A DNA stretch of 64,000 nt. Source: Bacteroidales bacterium. Lineage in GTDB: Bacteria; Bacteroidota; Bacteroidia; Bacteroidales; VadinHA17. Shown one piece after another: positions 52,995-63,602 of this stretch. Made by a program: the position numbers and the translations under genes. The notes below the pieces were generated by a model. It saw only the letters and a program-made list of their open reading frames with translations, had not been told where the DNA came from and made no database searches. The DNA lies in contig JANTHB010000003.1 of NCBI GenBank assembly GCA_024762655.1, positions 3,353 through 67,352 on the forward strand, in the 5' to 3' direction. Positions within the stretch are counted from its first letter, which is position 1, and each line of letters begins with the position of its first letter.

Positions 52995-55673
52995 TTATTT
53001 GCCATTTCTGTAGTTCAACACCGGCCACAACCATCGCTCTAGCACCTTTGCTGTTTTACTGATTTTTCGGTCCTTCCAGCTCAGGCTCACCGTATAGTCC
53101 CCCGGACTCACTTTACGCGTGTTCCAATATATCTTTCCGATGCCTTTTTTTACCGCTATTTTCTTCTCAAACAAACTTTTTCCGCCAGCTTCCTTCACGG
53201 AGATGATCGCAGAATCATGAACCGCATCATTTTTGAAATAATAATAGATTTCCAGCCCGTTGGATTCGTTGGGAACACGGATATGATTATCGCCCGTTTC
53301 ATGATAGTTTCCCCAGGTCGCCTGCTGGGAATAATTCTTTTGTGGTTTTGGCGCAATATCAAACAGATAAAAGTTTTTTTCCCTCACGTTGTCTGTCATT
53401 TGTTCAAGGGCATAGATATCGGTCACCCAGGCTCCGCGGCCGTAGGTCCCTGCTACAAGATCATGCTCCCGGGGTTGTATGGCTATATCCCTCACCACCA
53501 CCGGAGGCATATTCCCCCGAAGAGGCTGCCAGGACTTGCCTGCATCGAGGGTGACATAGACCCCCTTGTCGTTTCCTGCAAACAGTATGTTCTCATTCAA
53601 AGGATCTTCTGTGATCACACTCACCGGAGCTTCCGGCAAACCGGAAGCCAGGGACTCCCAGGTTTTTCCATAATCCCTGCTTCTGAAAACATACGGATGA
53701 AAATCGTCACGACGGTAGCCTGACTTCGTCACATACACGGTTCCGGGATGATGAGAAGAAGCCGTAACACAACTCACCCACCGGTTGGCAGGGGCTCCTG
53801 TTTTTTCCAGTTTCTTTGTCATCTCCAGCCACTTTTTCCCGTTATCCGGGGTCATCCACACATGTCCATCGTCCGTACCTACCCATATCAGTCCCTGCTG
53901 TAGCGGAGATTCAGACAGGGTGGTAATGGTACAATACATCATATGTCCGGTTCCGGCGATCTTGTCAGGGTCGTTGTCCGTGAGATCGGGGCTGACCGCC
54001 TCCCAGGTATCCCCCCGGTCGGAAGAACGCAATAACTCCTGGCCCCCGGTGTACAGGACCCGGGGATCATGGGGTGAGATAATCAACGGGGTGGTCCAGG
54101 TAAAACGATAGAAAGCCTTTCCTTTCGGCGCTTTGGGAGTAATGTCCTTCCGTTCTCCGGTCTGTTGGTCAACGCGATGGTGCCTGCCAAACTGAGTGGT
54201 GAAATAAAGCCACCGGTTGTCGGTGTGATCCACCTTGCAGAACATCCCGTCCCACATACCCACAATCACCCAGTCGGATTGCGTCACACTCCCCGACCAT
54301 CCGTTGGAAGGACCTTTCCATATTTCATGATCCTGCAATCCTGTATATACGTTATAGGGCCTCGCATCGTCCGTTTCCACCTTATAGATTTCACCCAGAG
54401 GCAGGTTGGCAAAATGCATCATGGTCTTTCCCCCGTCCAGGCTGGCATAAGCGCCACCGTCGGATCCCAGCAGCATATGCCGTGGATCGTGTGGATCGAT
54501 CCAAAAACAGCGGTTGTCGCCAAAATTGGTCCTGAACAAGTCTTTGCCCCTGCCCCAATGCGGCCAGGTCTTTCCACCGTCAAGGGTATAATGCATGTCT
54601 TCTCCTATGATATACACTTTGTCGGGATCGCCAGGATCCACCGCAATCTTGTTAAAACTGTAAGCGGCTTTTCCGCTAACGTCCGTTTTTTCAGGATCGT
54701 TGATGCGGCGCCATGATCTTCCGCCGTCATCGGTCCGGTACACCTCTCCGCCGATCAGGTTATCAAACGAATGATCGGTAAACTCGTCAAATTTCACCGG
54801 TTCGTTGGCGTTGGCGCCGGGTTTTAGGTTCAGGTTCTGGATCACGGCATACACGATCTCCGGGTTAGCACGGTGTATGGCCAGGCCAATGCGGCCCAAC
54901 GGCCCCTCAGGCAACCCTCCCGACAGGATATGCCAGGTGTTTCCTCCATCGGTTGTCTTATAGATACGGCTTTTGTCACTCCCCGGCACAAAGGTCCAGG
55001 GGGTGCGTTTTTTCCAATAGCTGGCTGCATAAAGGATATCCGGGTGTTCAGGATTGATGACCAAATCAATGAACCCGGTCTCATCGTCCACGTACAGGAC
55101 CTTTTTCCAGGTATGCCCGCCGTCTGTGGTTTTATATATCCCCCGTTCGCTGTTTGTGGAAAAGAGATGCCCCATCACCGCTACCCACACAATGTTGGGA
55201 TCCTGCGGATGAACGACGATTCTTGCAATATGATGGGAATCTTCCAGGCCCAGGTGCTGCCAGGTATTTCCCCGGTCTTCTGATTTCCATATCCCGTTGC
55301 CATAATAGGAGGACCGGGCATTGAAGGCATCGCCGGTACCCACCCAGAGCACTGCCGGGTCGGAAGATGCCACAGCTACCGCCCCTATCGAAGAGGTTCC
55401 GAAGGTGTCGGATATGCAGGAAAACGTGGTTCCATTGTTCATCGTGCGCCAGAGTCCGCCACTACGGGCTCCGACATAAAATGTAAACCGGTCCGTTTCT
55501 CCCGGATGGTCGGGTGCCGTAATGCACCCCACCCAGGCTCCCGCTCGAAAAGCTCCCAGATTGCGATAGACCATAGAGATTGAAAGGTCCGGTGAAGAAA
55601 GATTCTGTGCGGATAATCCGGAAAAAGAATAGATCCCCACCGCCACAAAAAGAATAAATACAAATTTTTTCAT
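52995..55673 (-). CDS. Secreted BNR/Asp-box repeat protein (sortilin/VPS10- or GH74-like double propeller)
   Basis: 892 aa with a signal peptide and at least 8 Asp-box motifs: TTDGGHTW, TTDGGNTW, TDDGGRSW, LDGGKTW, SLDGGKTM, SSDRGDTW, SRDYGKTW and LDAGKSW. Confidence 0.7.
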   Translation of the reverse strand: MKKFVFILFVAVGIYSFSGLSAQNLSSPDLSISMVYRNLGAFRAGAWVGCITAPDHPGETDRFTFYVGARSGGLWRTMNNGTTFSCISDTFGTSSIGAVAVASSDPAVLWVGTGDAFNARSSYYGNGIWKSEDRGNTWQHLGLEDSHHIARIVVHPQDPNIVWVAVMGHLFSTNSERGIYKTTDGGHTWKKVLYVDDETGFIDLVINPEHPDILYAASYWKKRTPWTFVPGSDKSRIYKTTDGGNTWHILSGGLPEGPLGRIGLAIHRANPEIVYAVIQNLNLKPGANANEPVKFDEFTDHSFDNLIGGEVYRTDDGGRSWRRINDPEKTDVSGKAAYSFNKIAVDPGDPDKVYIIGEDMHYTLDGGKTWPHWGRGKDLFRTNFGDNRCFWIDPHDPRHMLLGSDGGAYASLDGGKTMMHFANLPLGEIYKVETDDARPYNVYTGLQDHEIWKGPSNGWSGSVTQSDWVIVGMWDGMFCKVDHTDNRWLYFTTQFGRHHRVDQQTGERKDITPKAPKGKAFYRFTWTTPLIISPHDPRVLYTGGQELLRSSDRGDTWEAVSPDLTDNDPDKIAGTGHMMYCTITTLSESPLQQGLIWVGTDDGHVWMTPDNGKKWLEMTKKLEKTGAPANRWVSCVTASSHHPGTVYVTKSGYRRDDFHPYVFRSRDYGKTWESLASGLPEAPVSVITEDPLNENILFAGNDKGVYVTLDAGKSWQPLRGNMPPVVVRDIAIQPREHDLVAGTYGRGAWVTDIYALEQMTDNVREKNFYLFDIAPKPQKNYSQQATWGNYHETGDNHIRVPNESNGLEIYYYFKNDAVHDSAIISVKEAGGKSLFEKKIAVKKGIGKIYWNTRKVSPGDYTVSLSWKDRKISKTAKVLERWLWPVLNYRNGK

Positions 55674-56176
55674 ATTCTGGTTGATTTAACTCTACCCAAA
55701 AGTAATCCTAAAAGAAATATGATCTGGCTTTTCACCACGGATGACACCAAATTTCACAAAAAAAATAATTCATCTGCCAGACGAGTGTTTTTTATAAAAA
55801 ATACGGCAGCTATTATTCCTAAACCATCCCGGGTCCGGAATCTTTGAAAGAGGGTGAACAAAAATCAGAAAAATATTTTTTCTCTGAGATCCAATGAACA
55901 AGAGATTTTTTCCAGATTCAGATACTTTACTTTGAAAAAGATAAGCTTACGGCTACAGAGATGTAAAATATAAAAAGATTTGAAACTAAGAATTTATAAT
56001 CTTCATGATGTCAGATACGCATTATGCAGATGAACCAAAAATATTAGTGTTCATTCGTGTAATCCGTGGCTGGAAAAGTTCAATCGTGCAATCCGTTGCC
56101 GAAAAACTGATAAAAGTCCTTTTCAGGCATCACAGCTTTTACTTATTTTTCAGCTTGAAAAAAAAATCATGTTACC

Positions 56177-57415
56177 ATGAAAATCATAAGGGGAACAGCC
56201 AGGATCGTTGCCGGATCGGTTTTTATCTTTTCAGGGTTTGTCAAAGGCATTGACCTGAGCGGATCGGCCATCAAGTTTGAAGATTATTTTCAGGCTTTTC
56301 ATCTTGATTTTCTCCATCCCCTGGCTTTTCCACTGGCATTCCTTTTCCCGGCAGCCGAATTCCTGATCGGGAGTTCCCTTCTTTTTTCCCTGAAACCCCG
56401 GGTTGGAGTCTGGGGCTTTCTGCTGTTTATGAGCCTTTTCACCCCGCTGACCCTTGTTCTGGCGCTGTTCAACCCCGTAAAAGATTGCGGATGTTTCGGA
56501 GATGCACTGATTCTAACAAACTGGCAGACTTTTTTCAAAAATCTGTTTCTGCTGGCACTGGCCCTGTGGCTTTTCTTCGACAGAAAGAATCTTTCGGGAC
56601 GATTTCCTCCCGCTTATCAGTGGGGAGTATTGTTTTTTTATTTTCTGATATTTGCCGGACTGTCGGCATACAGCTATCGTCACCTGCCCCTGTTTGATTT
56701 CCGTCCCTATAAAACGGGCACCCACATCCCCGACAAGATGACCCTTCCCCCGGATGCGCAGCAGGATGAATATCAGACTACACTGATCTATGAAAAAAAC
56801 GGTATCCGGAAAGAGTTTTCTCCGGATAATTTTCCCTGGCAGGACAGCACCTGGAAATTTGTGGACCAGAAGAGTGTCCTCATAAAAAAAGGGTATGTCC
56901 CACCCATTCATGATTTCAGTATTCTGCGGCAGGATGGAACAGACATCACAGACGGGATATTGCAAGACCCGGGCTACACCTTTCTACTCGTCTCCTATGA
57001 CCTGTCCGAAGCCAACGTTGACGGGCTTGAGAAAGCATGGAGAATATCCGTCTTTGCCCCTGACAAAGGGTATGGGTTTTATGTGCTCACTCCTTCGGGG
57101 CCGGAGGAAACCGACAAGCTTGTTGAAAAGGGTTTTTCCTTTACGTTCTGTAATACGGATGAAACTACCTGTAAAACCATTATCCGGTCCAACCCCGGCC
57201 TGTTGTTGATAAAAGAAGGCACCATCCTTGGCAAATGGCACTACCGCGATATCCCTGATCCCGAAACCTTAAACAAGGACTTGTTATCCCGTCAGGTAAC
57301 CGCTTTGCAAAAAAAGGCAGACCTCCGGTTACTTCTCCTGTTAACGGCAGGGTTGCTTCTGCTTTCGGCAATTTTTCGCCTGATACTGCCGTCAGGAAAA
57401 GTCAAAAACGGATAA
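56177..57415 (+). CDS. DoxX/MauE-like membrane domain fused to a C-terminal soluble (thioredoxin-fold-like?) domain and a terminal TM; BT_3928-like
   Basis: 412 aa. The N-terminal ~170 aa have 4 hydrophobic helices and the CGCFG motif (VKDCGCFGD) typical of MauE/DoxX-type proteins. A C-terminal TM is present (LLLLTAGLLLLSAIF). The gene sits immediately upstream of tpiA. Confidence 0.55.
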   Translation: MKIIRGTARIVAGSVFIFSGFVKGIDLSGSAIKFEDYFQAFHLDFLHPLAFPLAFLFPAAEFLIGSSLLFSLKPRVGVWGFLLFMSLFTPLTLVLALFNPVKDCGCFGDALILTNWQTFFKNLFLLALALWLFFDRKNLSGRFPPAYQWGVLFFYFLIFAGLSAYSYRHLPLFDFRPYKTGTHIPDKMTLPPDAQQDEYQTTLIYEKNGIRKEFSPDNFPWQDSTWKFVDQKSVLIKKGYVPPIHDFSILRQDGTDITDGILQDPGYTFLLVSYDLSEANVDGLEKAWRISVFAPDKGYGFYVLTPSGPEETDKLVEKGFSFTFCNTDETTCKTIIRSNPGLLLIKEGTILGKWHYRDIPDPETLNKDLLSRQVTALQKKADLRLLLLLTAGLLLLSAIFRLILPSGKVKNG

Positions 57416-57461
57416 AGAAGAAACAATTCCTATTTTTGATTGATAAAACAGGGATAATTTA

Positions 57462-57469
57462 TATTTTTG
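57462..57469 (+). promoter_or_regulatory. Candidate -7 promoter box (TAnnTTTG) for tpiA
   Basis: Exact match tatttttg, 35 nt upstream of the ATG at 57504. A second identical match lies at 57431-57438. Confidence 0.3.
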
Positions 57470-57503
57470 GACTTTCTGATAAATCATCCTAAAAAACAAG
57501 AAC

Positions 57504-58262
57504 ATGAGGAAAAATATTGTAGCCGGAAACTGGAAAATGAATAAGACCCTGCAAGAAGGTATTCAACTGGCAGAAGCGGTAGATAAACTTGTAGCCGGGG
57601 GCACCCCGGAAAACACTGATGTGATCATTGCCCCTCCGTTTATTCATCTATCCGAACTGGCCAAACGCATTGATACCGGAAAAGTAAAACTCTCGGCCCA
57701 GAACTGTGCAGCCGAAGCTGCCGGTGCTTACACCGGTGAAGTTTCGGCAGCCATGGTCCGTTCAACAGGCGCCGAGTATGTTATCATCGGTCATTCCGAA
57801 CGCCGGCAATATTATGGCGAAACCGACGCTATCCTGAAGAAAAAAACAGAGCTGGCACTTGAAAATGATCTAATCCCTATATTCTGTTGCGGGGAAGTGC
57901 TGGAAGAACGCAATGCCAAACAACACTTTGAGGTCGTGAAGACCCAAATCTCAGACGCTTTGTTTTTCCTCTCCGAAGAAGAGTTCGGGAAGATCATCAT
58001 CGCCTACGAACCGGTCTGGGCAATAGGTACGGGTGTTACCGCCACTCCGGAACAGGCTCAGGAAATGCATGCCTTCATCCGTAGTCTTATTAACAACAGA
58101 TACGGGGAACAGGTAGCCGAAGACACCACCATCTTGTATGGCGGCAGCTGCAAACCTTCCAATGCCGGCGAACTGTTTTCCAACCCGGATGTGGACGGAG
58201 GACTGATCGGCGGAGCTTCCCTGAAAGCAGATGATTTCTATGCAATTATCCGTTCTTTCTAA
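57504..58262 (+). CDS. tpiA: Triosephosphate isomerase
   Basis: 252 aa with motifs [28 protein letters not shown] and YGGS. Confidence 0.95.
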   Translation: MRKNIVAGNWKMNKTLQEGIQLAEAVDKLVAGGTPENTDVIIAPPFIHLSELAKRIDTGKVKLSAQNCAAEAAGAYTGEVSAAMVRSTGAEYVIIGHSERRQYYGETDAILKKKTELALENDLIPIFCCGEVLEERNAKQHFEVVKTQISDALFFLSEEEFGKIIIAYEPVWAIGTGVTATPEQAQEMHAFIRSLINNRYGEQVAEDTTILYGGSCKPSNAGELFSNPDVDGGLIGGASLKADDFYAIIRSF

Positions 58263-58404
58263 CCCCCGGCACCTCCCGTTGATTTTCAAGCCAGCAAGGT
58301 TTCGTAAGGGTCTGTAAAGAATAGGTTTTTTGCGTTCCTCCCGGGGTTGATTTTTTAATACGGATAACAGTTCATATCTTTAACCTGATATTGGAATTAT
58401 TGCA

Positions 58405-61400
58405 ATGGTTATCCCGATGACAGAACCTGATCACACACCGGCATCTTTTCTCCGCTTTCTCTTTCTTATCCTGTTAACCTTTTTACTGGGAACGCCCGGC
58501 CGGTCACAATCCTCTAAACCCTTCCCCGAAGACACTACGGGTTTTGCCAGTGCTTTCAGCTCCTTCATGTCCCTCAGCCACCTTAATGAGGAACAGAAAC
58601 AGGAGGTTTCCCGGTTTATCGGGATGATTTCTTCCGACTCGGCAACGGTAACCGCTGAGAAAAGAGCCCGTATTCTTTACATCCTGAACCGGCTAAAAAG
58701 CCGCCGTGCCAAACAGACCCCTTATTTCATGGATTATATCGGGACCGTTTTATACCTCTCCGACAAATATCCGGATGATTCCTATTTTGATAATTGGGAC
58801 AATGGCCTGGTCTACTTTCTTGACAATCAACACTCACAATTGAGATATATTCAGAAATACCTGTCGGGTGTTCTGAATTTTTTAAAGTCCTATGATCTTG
58901 CCAACAACCGGGCCGTAAGATGGACCGTCAAACCAACATCCTATCAATTCCGGTTCCAAAACGGTTTTTTCATCCAGGTTGGAAAGACAACCCTGACCTG
59001 TTATGCGCAAAGAGACAGTATCATGATCGATGAAACGTCCGGGAAGTATGATCCTTACCACGCAGTCTGGTACGGTGAATCCGGGAAAGTAACCTGGGAA
59101 AGATCCGGTTATCCCGGAGATTCGGTATTTGCCCGGTTGCCGGCATACACCATCACTCTCACCAAAAACGGGTATCACATCGACAGCGTCTCCTTTGTCA
59201 ACCGTGTATATTTCAGTCAACCTATCCTGGGCACTTTTGATGATAAAACCACACACATTTCCGCTTCCTCAAGAGCGACTTTTCCAAAATTTGATTCTTA
59301 TATCAAACATTTCAAAATAAAAAACCTGTTTCCCAACGTGGATTACGAAGGAGGTTTTTCTATGCAGGGAGCTGTAGTTAAGGGAACAGGAAACATATAC
59401 AAACCTGCCACTCTGTGCTTTTACCGGAATGACACGTTACAGCTGAAAGTGAGATCCCTGTTTTTTGCCATTATGAAAGACAGAGTATCCGGGCGTAAAA
59501 CGAATGTTGCATTTTTCCTGGACCGGGATTCTATTTTCCACCCCAATATAGCGTTTGTTTACGACAATAAAAACCGTGAAGTGTCCTTGTATCAGACAGA
59601 AGACCCTATGACCCAAAGTCCTTATTATGACACGTACCACAAACTAAACATCCAGGCCAACAGGTTTGTTTGGAAAGCTGAAGAAAACAGGGCATTGTTC
59701 ACCCGTTTACGGGGAACCACCATAGGGACAGGAAAGTTCTGGTCGACGAATTTTTTTAATGCAAAAACCTATTACCGAATGCAGGCAATGGATGCCATGA
59801 ATCCATTGTATTTACTGAAGAAATTTTCCGAATGGTATTATTCGGATGAATTTCCTGTGGATGAACTGGCCAAATGGATGAAAAAACCGGAATACCAGGT
59901 ACGCCGGTTGCTTGTTCACCTGGCCGTGGAAGGGTTTGTTTTTTATAATCCCGAAACAGGTGAGGTGAAGTTAAAAAAAGAATTGTATGATTATCTGGAT
60001 GCTTTCGGCGGAAAAATAGACTACGATGTGATGTCTTTCCTCTCCCGCACCCGGGCTCCCGTTGACAATGCCGTCATTGATATGCACAATTTCGATATGA
60101 CGATCAATGGCGTGCCGACGATTTTTCTGAGCGACTCCCAGGATGTCGCCATCTATCCGGCAGGCCACCGGATCATCATGCACCGTAACCGGTGTTTCAG
60201 TTTTGACGGAGAAATACAGGCAGGCATGGCCGTTCTGGACGGAAAAAATTTTTTCTTTGACTATGACACCTTCAAGATAGATTTGTTTCAGATCGATTCG
60301 GTCAGGCTCACCGCCTTTGGAGACAGCGTGGATGACCTCGGCAACCCTGTCCCCGAGAAAATAAAAAACACCCTGGAAGTAGTTACGGGATATTTATACA
60401 TAGACAACCCCGACAATAAATCCGGACGGAAGCATTACGACAAATTTCCTTATTTTCAAAGTATTGACAGCTCCTTTGTCTTTTACAACAAAGCCTCTGT
60501 GTACGACAGTATCTACACCCGGAAAGACTTTCATTTTATTATCAGGCCTTTCACGCTTTACTCCCTGAATAACCTTTATAAAAAAGATCTCGTTTTCAAA
60601 GGCGATTTTGTCAGTGGGAAAATCTTCCCGCCAATACCCCAGAACCTGGAGGTACAACCGGACAACTCGCTGGGTTTTGTCTCCCAGTTACCGGAAGACG
60701 GAATTCCTGTGTATAACGGCAAAGGGAGATTTTTTAACGATGTGGGACTGAGTAATCAGGGGCTGGAGGGTGCAGGAAAATTAAAATATCTCACTACCAC
60801 AGTCCTTTCGGATCATTTTTCCTTTTTCCCGGACTCTATGGTCGCCGACGCCCATGACCTTACCGTTGCAGCCACCCACGAAGGCACACGGTACCCCGAC
60901 GTAAAAGCCCGGGATGTATCGGTTAAATGGCTTCCCAAAGAAGACACCTTTCATATCCATAAAACCTCTGCGGATATTTCTCTCTTCGATACTTTGTTCA
61001 GACTTGACGGAGACATGATCCTCACTCCGGATTATCTCTCCGCAGAGGGAACCTTACTGTTCCCGGGAGCAGAAGTGTCTTCCGGAAATTTTCTCCTGAC
61101 AGACACTCATGCTGCGGCAGACACCTCTGATTTTATCCTCCCCGGAATAAATCGGAGAGAAAATGATCGCATGCATGCTTTCCGGACAAGATCCGATATT
61201 AATGTCCCCGAACAGACAGCAAGATTTGAAAGCCTCTACGATACCTTGCATATAGAATTTCCCGATATCCAGTGGATCACCTCCCTGGACGCCTTTACGT
61301 TTGATTATGGCAACAAACAAATTTTCCTGACCAATCACAAAACCTCCGATGACCCTTATCTGTTGGGAAATGACCCTGCTCTTATTTCCGGGAAGTGGTT

Positions 61401-62949
61401 GAAGATGCCTACGTTTATCTCCCTGTACCCTCAGGCTGATACCCTCGGATTCTATTCAGATTCTGCTGTGTTTAATGTCAGTCAGGGTACCATACAGGCC
61501 TTCCATACGACTTTCGTGGAGGTAGCAGATGCACTGCTCTATCCCGATGACACGAGCGTGGGGATCGGACCGAACGGATACCTCAAGCAACTGAAAGATG
61601 CCCGGCTCGTAGCAGCCAACACCTATACGCTGGATTCAGCCAGATTGGATATATACTCCAGAAAAAGCTTTGAGGGATCTGGACTTTATAAATATACGCA
61701 AGAAAACGGGGAGACCGAAGACATCTTTTTTACGGACATCCGTGTGGATGACTCATTACATACCCGTGCAGAGACCACCCTGTCTCCTGAAACTCACTTT
61801 ATGCTTAGTCCCGACTTTGCCTATACGGGAAAAGTTAAACTCTCTTCCAACCGGGAACATCTGTTGTTTACAGGTGGCGTAAAGGTAGTGCATCCATGCC
61901 GGGACATCCGGGACCATTACCTGGCTTTCTCTACCGAGATCGATCCCAACAACATACTGATACCTGTTGGAGAGCAGATGCTGGATATGCATAAAAAGAA
62001 AATTTACAGCGGGCACTTCATCACCAACGACTCCACCCATATTTATCCGGCTTTTCTGTCTTCCCGCAAAAACTATAGCGACACACCCGTCAGTTCGGCA
62101 CAGGGAGTGCTGTCTTATGATAAGAAATCCGGAGAATACCGGATAGGCAGCGAAGAAAAGGTTCATGATCCTTCGGTTTCAGGCAACTATCTCTCTCTGG
62201 ACAGGAACTATTGTAAGCTATACGGTGAAGGGTTGCTGAACCTGGGCGTTCGTTTCGGCCGTGTAAAAATCATCTCTCCCGGCACCATCCTGCAGGAAAT
62301 GGACGACAGTAACAAGATCAGTCTGCACGTAATGATCGGACTGGATTTTTATTTTGATCCCGAAGCCTTAAACATCATGGCAGGAGAGATTGATTCGCTG
62401 ACCAGCCTGGAACCCGTAGATATCCGCAGTGACTGGTATGAGAGGATTTTGGGTTTACTGGGTCCTTCTTCCAAAACCAGCAAAGCGGATATCCAGGAGA
62501 TGAAAATGTTCGGTCAGTTGCCCGCCGTGCCGGAAGAACAAAAACATACGCTGTTCCTCTCGGATGTCACCCTGGAATGGAACCATGAAACGGGCTCTTA
62601 TGTCTCGGTCGGTAAGATCGGCCTGGGAAATATTGACGGCCATCCCTTGAATGTGACCGTTGACGGGTATCTGGAAGTACAGAAAAAACGCAGCGGTGAT
62701 ATCTTCGACCTGTATCTGAAACTCAGTAGCAGAAACTACTACTATTTTGCATACACACCTGGGGTGTTGCAGGCTATCTCCTCCAACGGCAATTTCATGA
62801 ACCTTCTGACCTCTCTCAAAGAGAGCAAGCGGAAACTCAGATCAGGGGGAAACCTGGCACCTTATATATTTATGGCCGGGGTCGAAAGAAAAAAAGTCAT
62901 GTTTTTAAGAAAGATGCAGATGCTCAGGGAAAAGAATCCTTCGGAATAG
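58405..62949 (+). CDS. Very large (1514 aa) N-terminally anchored or secreted protein of unknown function
   Basis: Single uninterrupted ORF with an N-terminal hydrophobic segment (FLRFLFLILLTFLLGTPG). I recognise no catalytic or repeat motif by eye. The start could be ATG 58405 or 58417. Confidence 0.6.
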   Translation: MVIPMTEPDHTPASFLRFLFLILLTFLLGTPGRSQSSKPFPEDTTGFASAFSSFMSLSHLNEEQKQEVSRFIGMISSDSATVTAEKRARILYILNRLKSRRAKQTPYFMDYIGTVLYLSDKYPDDSYFDNWDNGLVYFLDNQHSQLRYIQKYLSGVLNFLKSYDLANNRAVRWTVKPTSYQFRFQNGFFIQVGKTTLTCYAQRDSIMIDETSGKYDPYHAVWYGESGKVTWERSGYPGDSVFARLPAYTITLTKNGYHIDSVSFVNRVYFSQPILGTFDDKTTHISASSRATFPKFDSYIKHFKIKNLFPNVDYEGGFSMQGAVVKGTGNIYKPATLCFYRNDTLQLKVRSLFFAIMKDRVSGRKTNVAFFLDRDSIFHPNIAFVYDNKNREVSLYQTEDPMTQSPYYDTYHKLNIQANRFVWKAEENRALFTRLRGTTIGTGKFWSTNFFNAKTYYRMQAMDAMNPLYLLKKFSEWYYSDEFPVDELAKWMKKPEYQVRRLLVHLAVEGFVFYNPETGEVKLKKELYDYLDAFGGKIDYDVMSFLSRTRAPVDNAVIDMHNFDMTINGVPTIFLSDSQDVAIYPAGHRIIMHRNRCFSFDGEIQAGMAVLDGKNFFFDYDTFKIDLFQIDSVRLTAFGDSVDDLGNPVPEKIKNTLEVVTGYLYIDNPDNKSGRKHYDKFPYFQSIDSSFVFYNKASVYDSIYTRKDFHFIIRPFTLYSLNNLYKKDLVFKGDFVSGKIFPPIPQNLEVQPDNSLGFVSQLPEDGIPVYNGKGRFFNDVGLSNQGLEGAGKLKYLTTTVLSDHFSFFPDSMVADAHDLTVAATHEGTRYPDVKARDVSVKWLPKEDTFHIHKTSADISLFDTLFRLDGDMILTPDYLSAEGTLLFPGAEVSSGNFLLTDTHAAADTSDFILPGINRRENDRMHAFRTRSDINVPEQTARFESLYDTLHIEFPDIQWITSLDAFTFDYGNKQIFLTNHKTSDDPYLLGNDPALISGKWLKMPTFISLYPQADTLGFYSDSAVFNVSQGTIQAFHTTFVEVADALLYPDDTSVGIGPNGYLKQLKDARLVAANTYTLDSARLDIYSRKSFEGSGLYKYTQENGETEDIFFTDIRVDDSLHTRAETTLSPETHFMLSPDFAYTGKVKLSSNREHLLFTGGVKVVHPCRDIRDHYLAFSTEIDPNNILIPVGEQMLDMHKKKIYSGHFITNDSTHIYPAFLSSRKNYSDTPVSSAQGVLSYDKKSGEYRIGSEEKVHDPSVSGNYLSLDRNYCKLYGEGLLNLGVRFGRVKIISPGTILQEMDDSNKISLHVMIGLDFYFDPEALNIMAGEIDSLTSLEPVDIRSDWYERILGLLGPSSKTSKADIQEMKMFGQLPAVPEEQKHTLFLSDVTLEWNHETGSYVSVGKIGLGNIDGHPLNVTVDGYLEVQKKRSGDIFDLYLKLSSRNYYYFAYTPGVLQAISSNGNFMNLLTSLKESKRKLRSGGNLAPYIFMAGVERKKVMFLRKMQMLREKNPSE

Positions 62950-62955
62950 AACTTC

Positions 62956-63474
62956 TCAAACGGGGTTTCCGGAAACAATCCGTCCCCTGGGCCCCATCTC
63001 GACCACTTCCAGATCCCGGATATCAGCGTCTTCGATCACAAAGCGCACAACAGTACGTTTGTTGTGAAAGCCGGATATTCCGGCAGCTCCGGGGTTGATA
63101 TGAAGAAAACCCAGGCTTTTATCAAACATTACCTTCAGGATATGAGAATGCCCCGAGATGAACAATCCGGGAGGATCAGACCGTAATTCATCACGGACCC
63201 TCCGGTCATAATGACCCGGATAGCCCCCTATGTGTATCATCAACACTTCTGTCTTATCGCAGGTAAAACGAAGTTTTTCGGGAAAACGCTTTCTTATTTC
63301 CTGACCGTCAATATTTCCGTAAACAGCCCTGAACGGCTTTAGCGAAGACAGATAATCAGATACTTCCAACGTGCCTATATCGCCGGCATGCCAGATCTCA
63401 TCCACATCCCTGAAAACAGAGGCCCATCGCGGATCAATGTAACCATGCGTATCCGATAATAAACCTATTTTCAC
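62956..63474 (-). CDS. YfcE/MJ0936-family metallophosphoesterase
   Basis: 172 aa with motifs LLSDTHG, WHAGDIG, YGNIDG and SGHSH. Confidence 0.85.
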   Translation of the reverse strand: MKIGLLSDTHGYIDPRWASVFRDVDEIWHAGDIGTLEVSDYLSSLKPFRAVYGNIDGQEIRKRFPEKLRFTCDKTEVLMIHIGGYPGHYDRRVRDELRSDPPGLFISGHSHILKVMFDKSLGFLHINPGAAGISGFHNKRTVVRFVIEDADIRDLEVVEMGPRGRIVSGNPV

Positions 63475-63602
63475 GATCCTCTTCCTTTTATTTTTTAAAA
63501 AGTAAATGTAAGGATTCCCGGGAAGACTTATTTTATAATTTCATTATTTATTCAAATGTTTGACTTTTTTATATCTTTGCTATCAAACTACTTAGAATCG
63601 GC

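Noticed and set aside
56005-56253. Small track ORFs lying in intergenic or repeat DNA: 56005-56253(+) 82 aa, 47286-47651(+) 121 aa, 28218-28424(+) 68 aa, 1276-1470(+) 64 aa, 52687-52890(-) 67 aa.
   Set aside because: They overlap the starts or ends of well-supported genes, or are made of the repeat and palindrome sequences themselves. They have no signal or family motifs and odd compositions. They are most likely non-coding.
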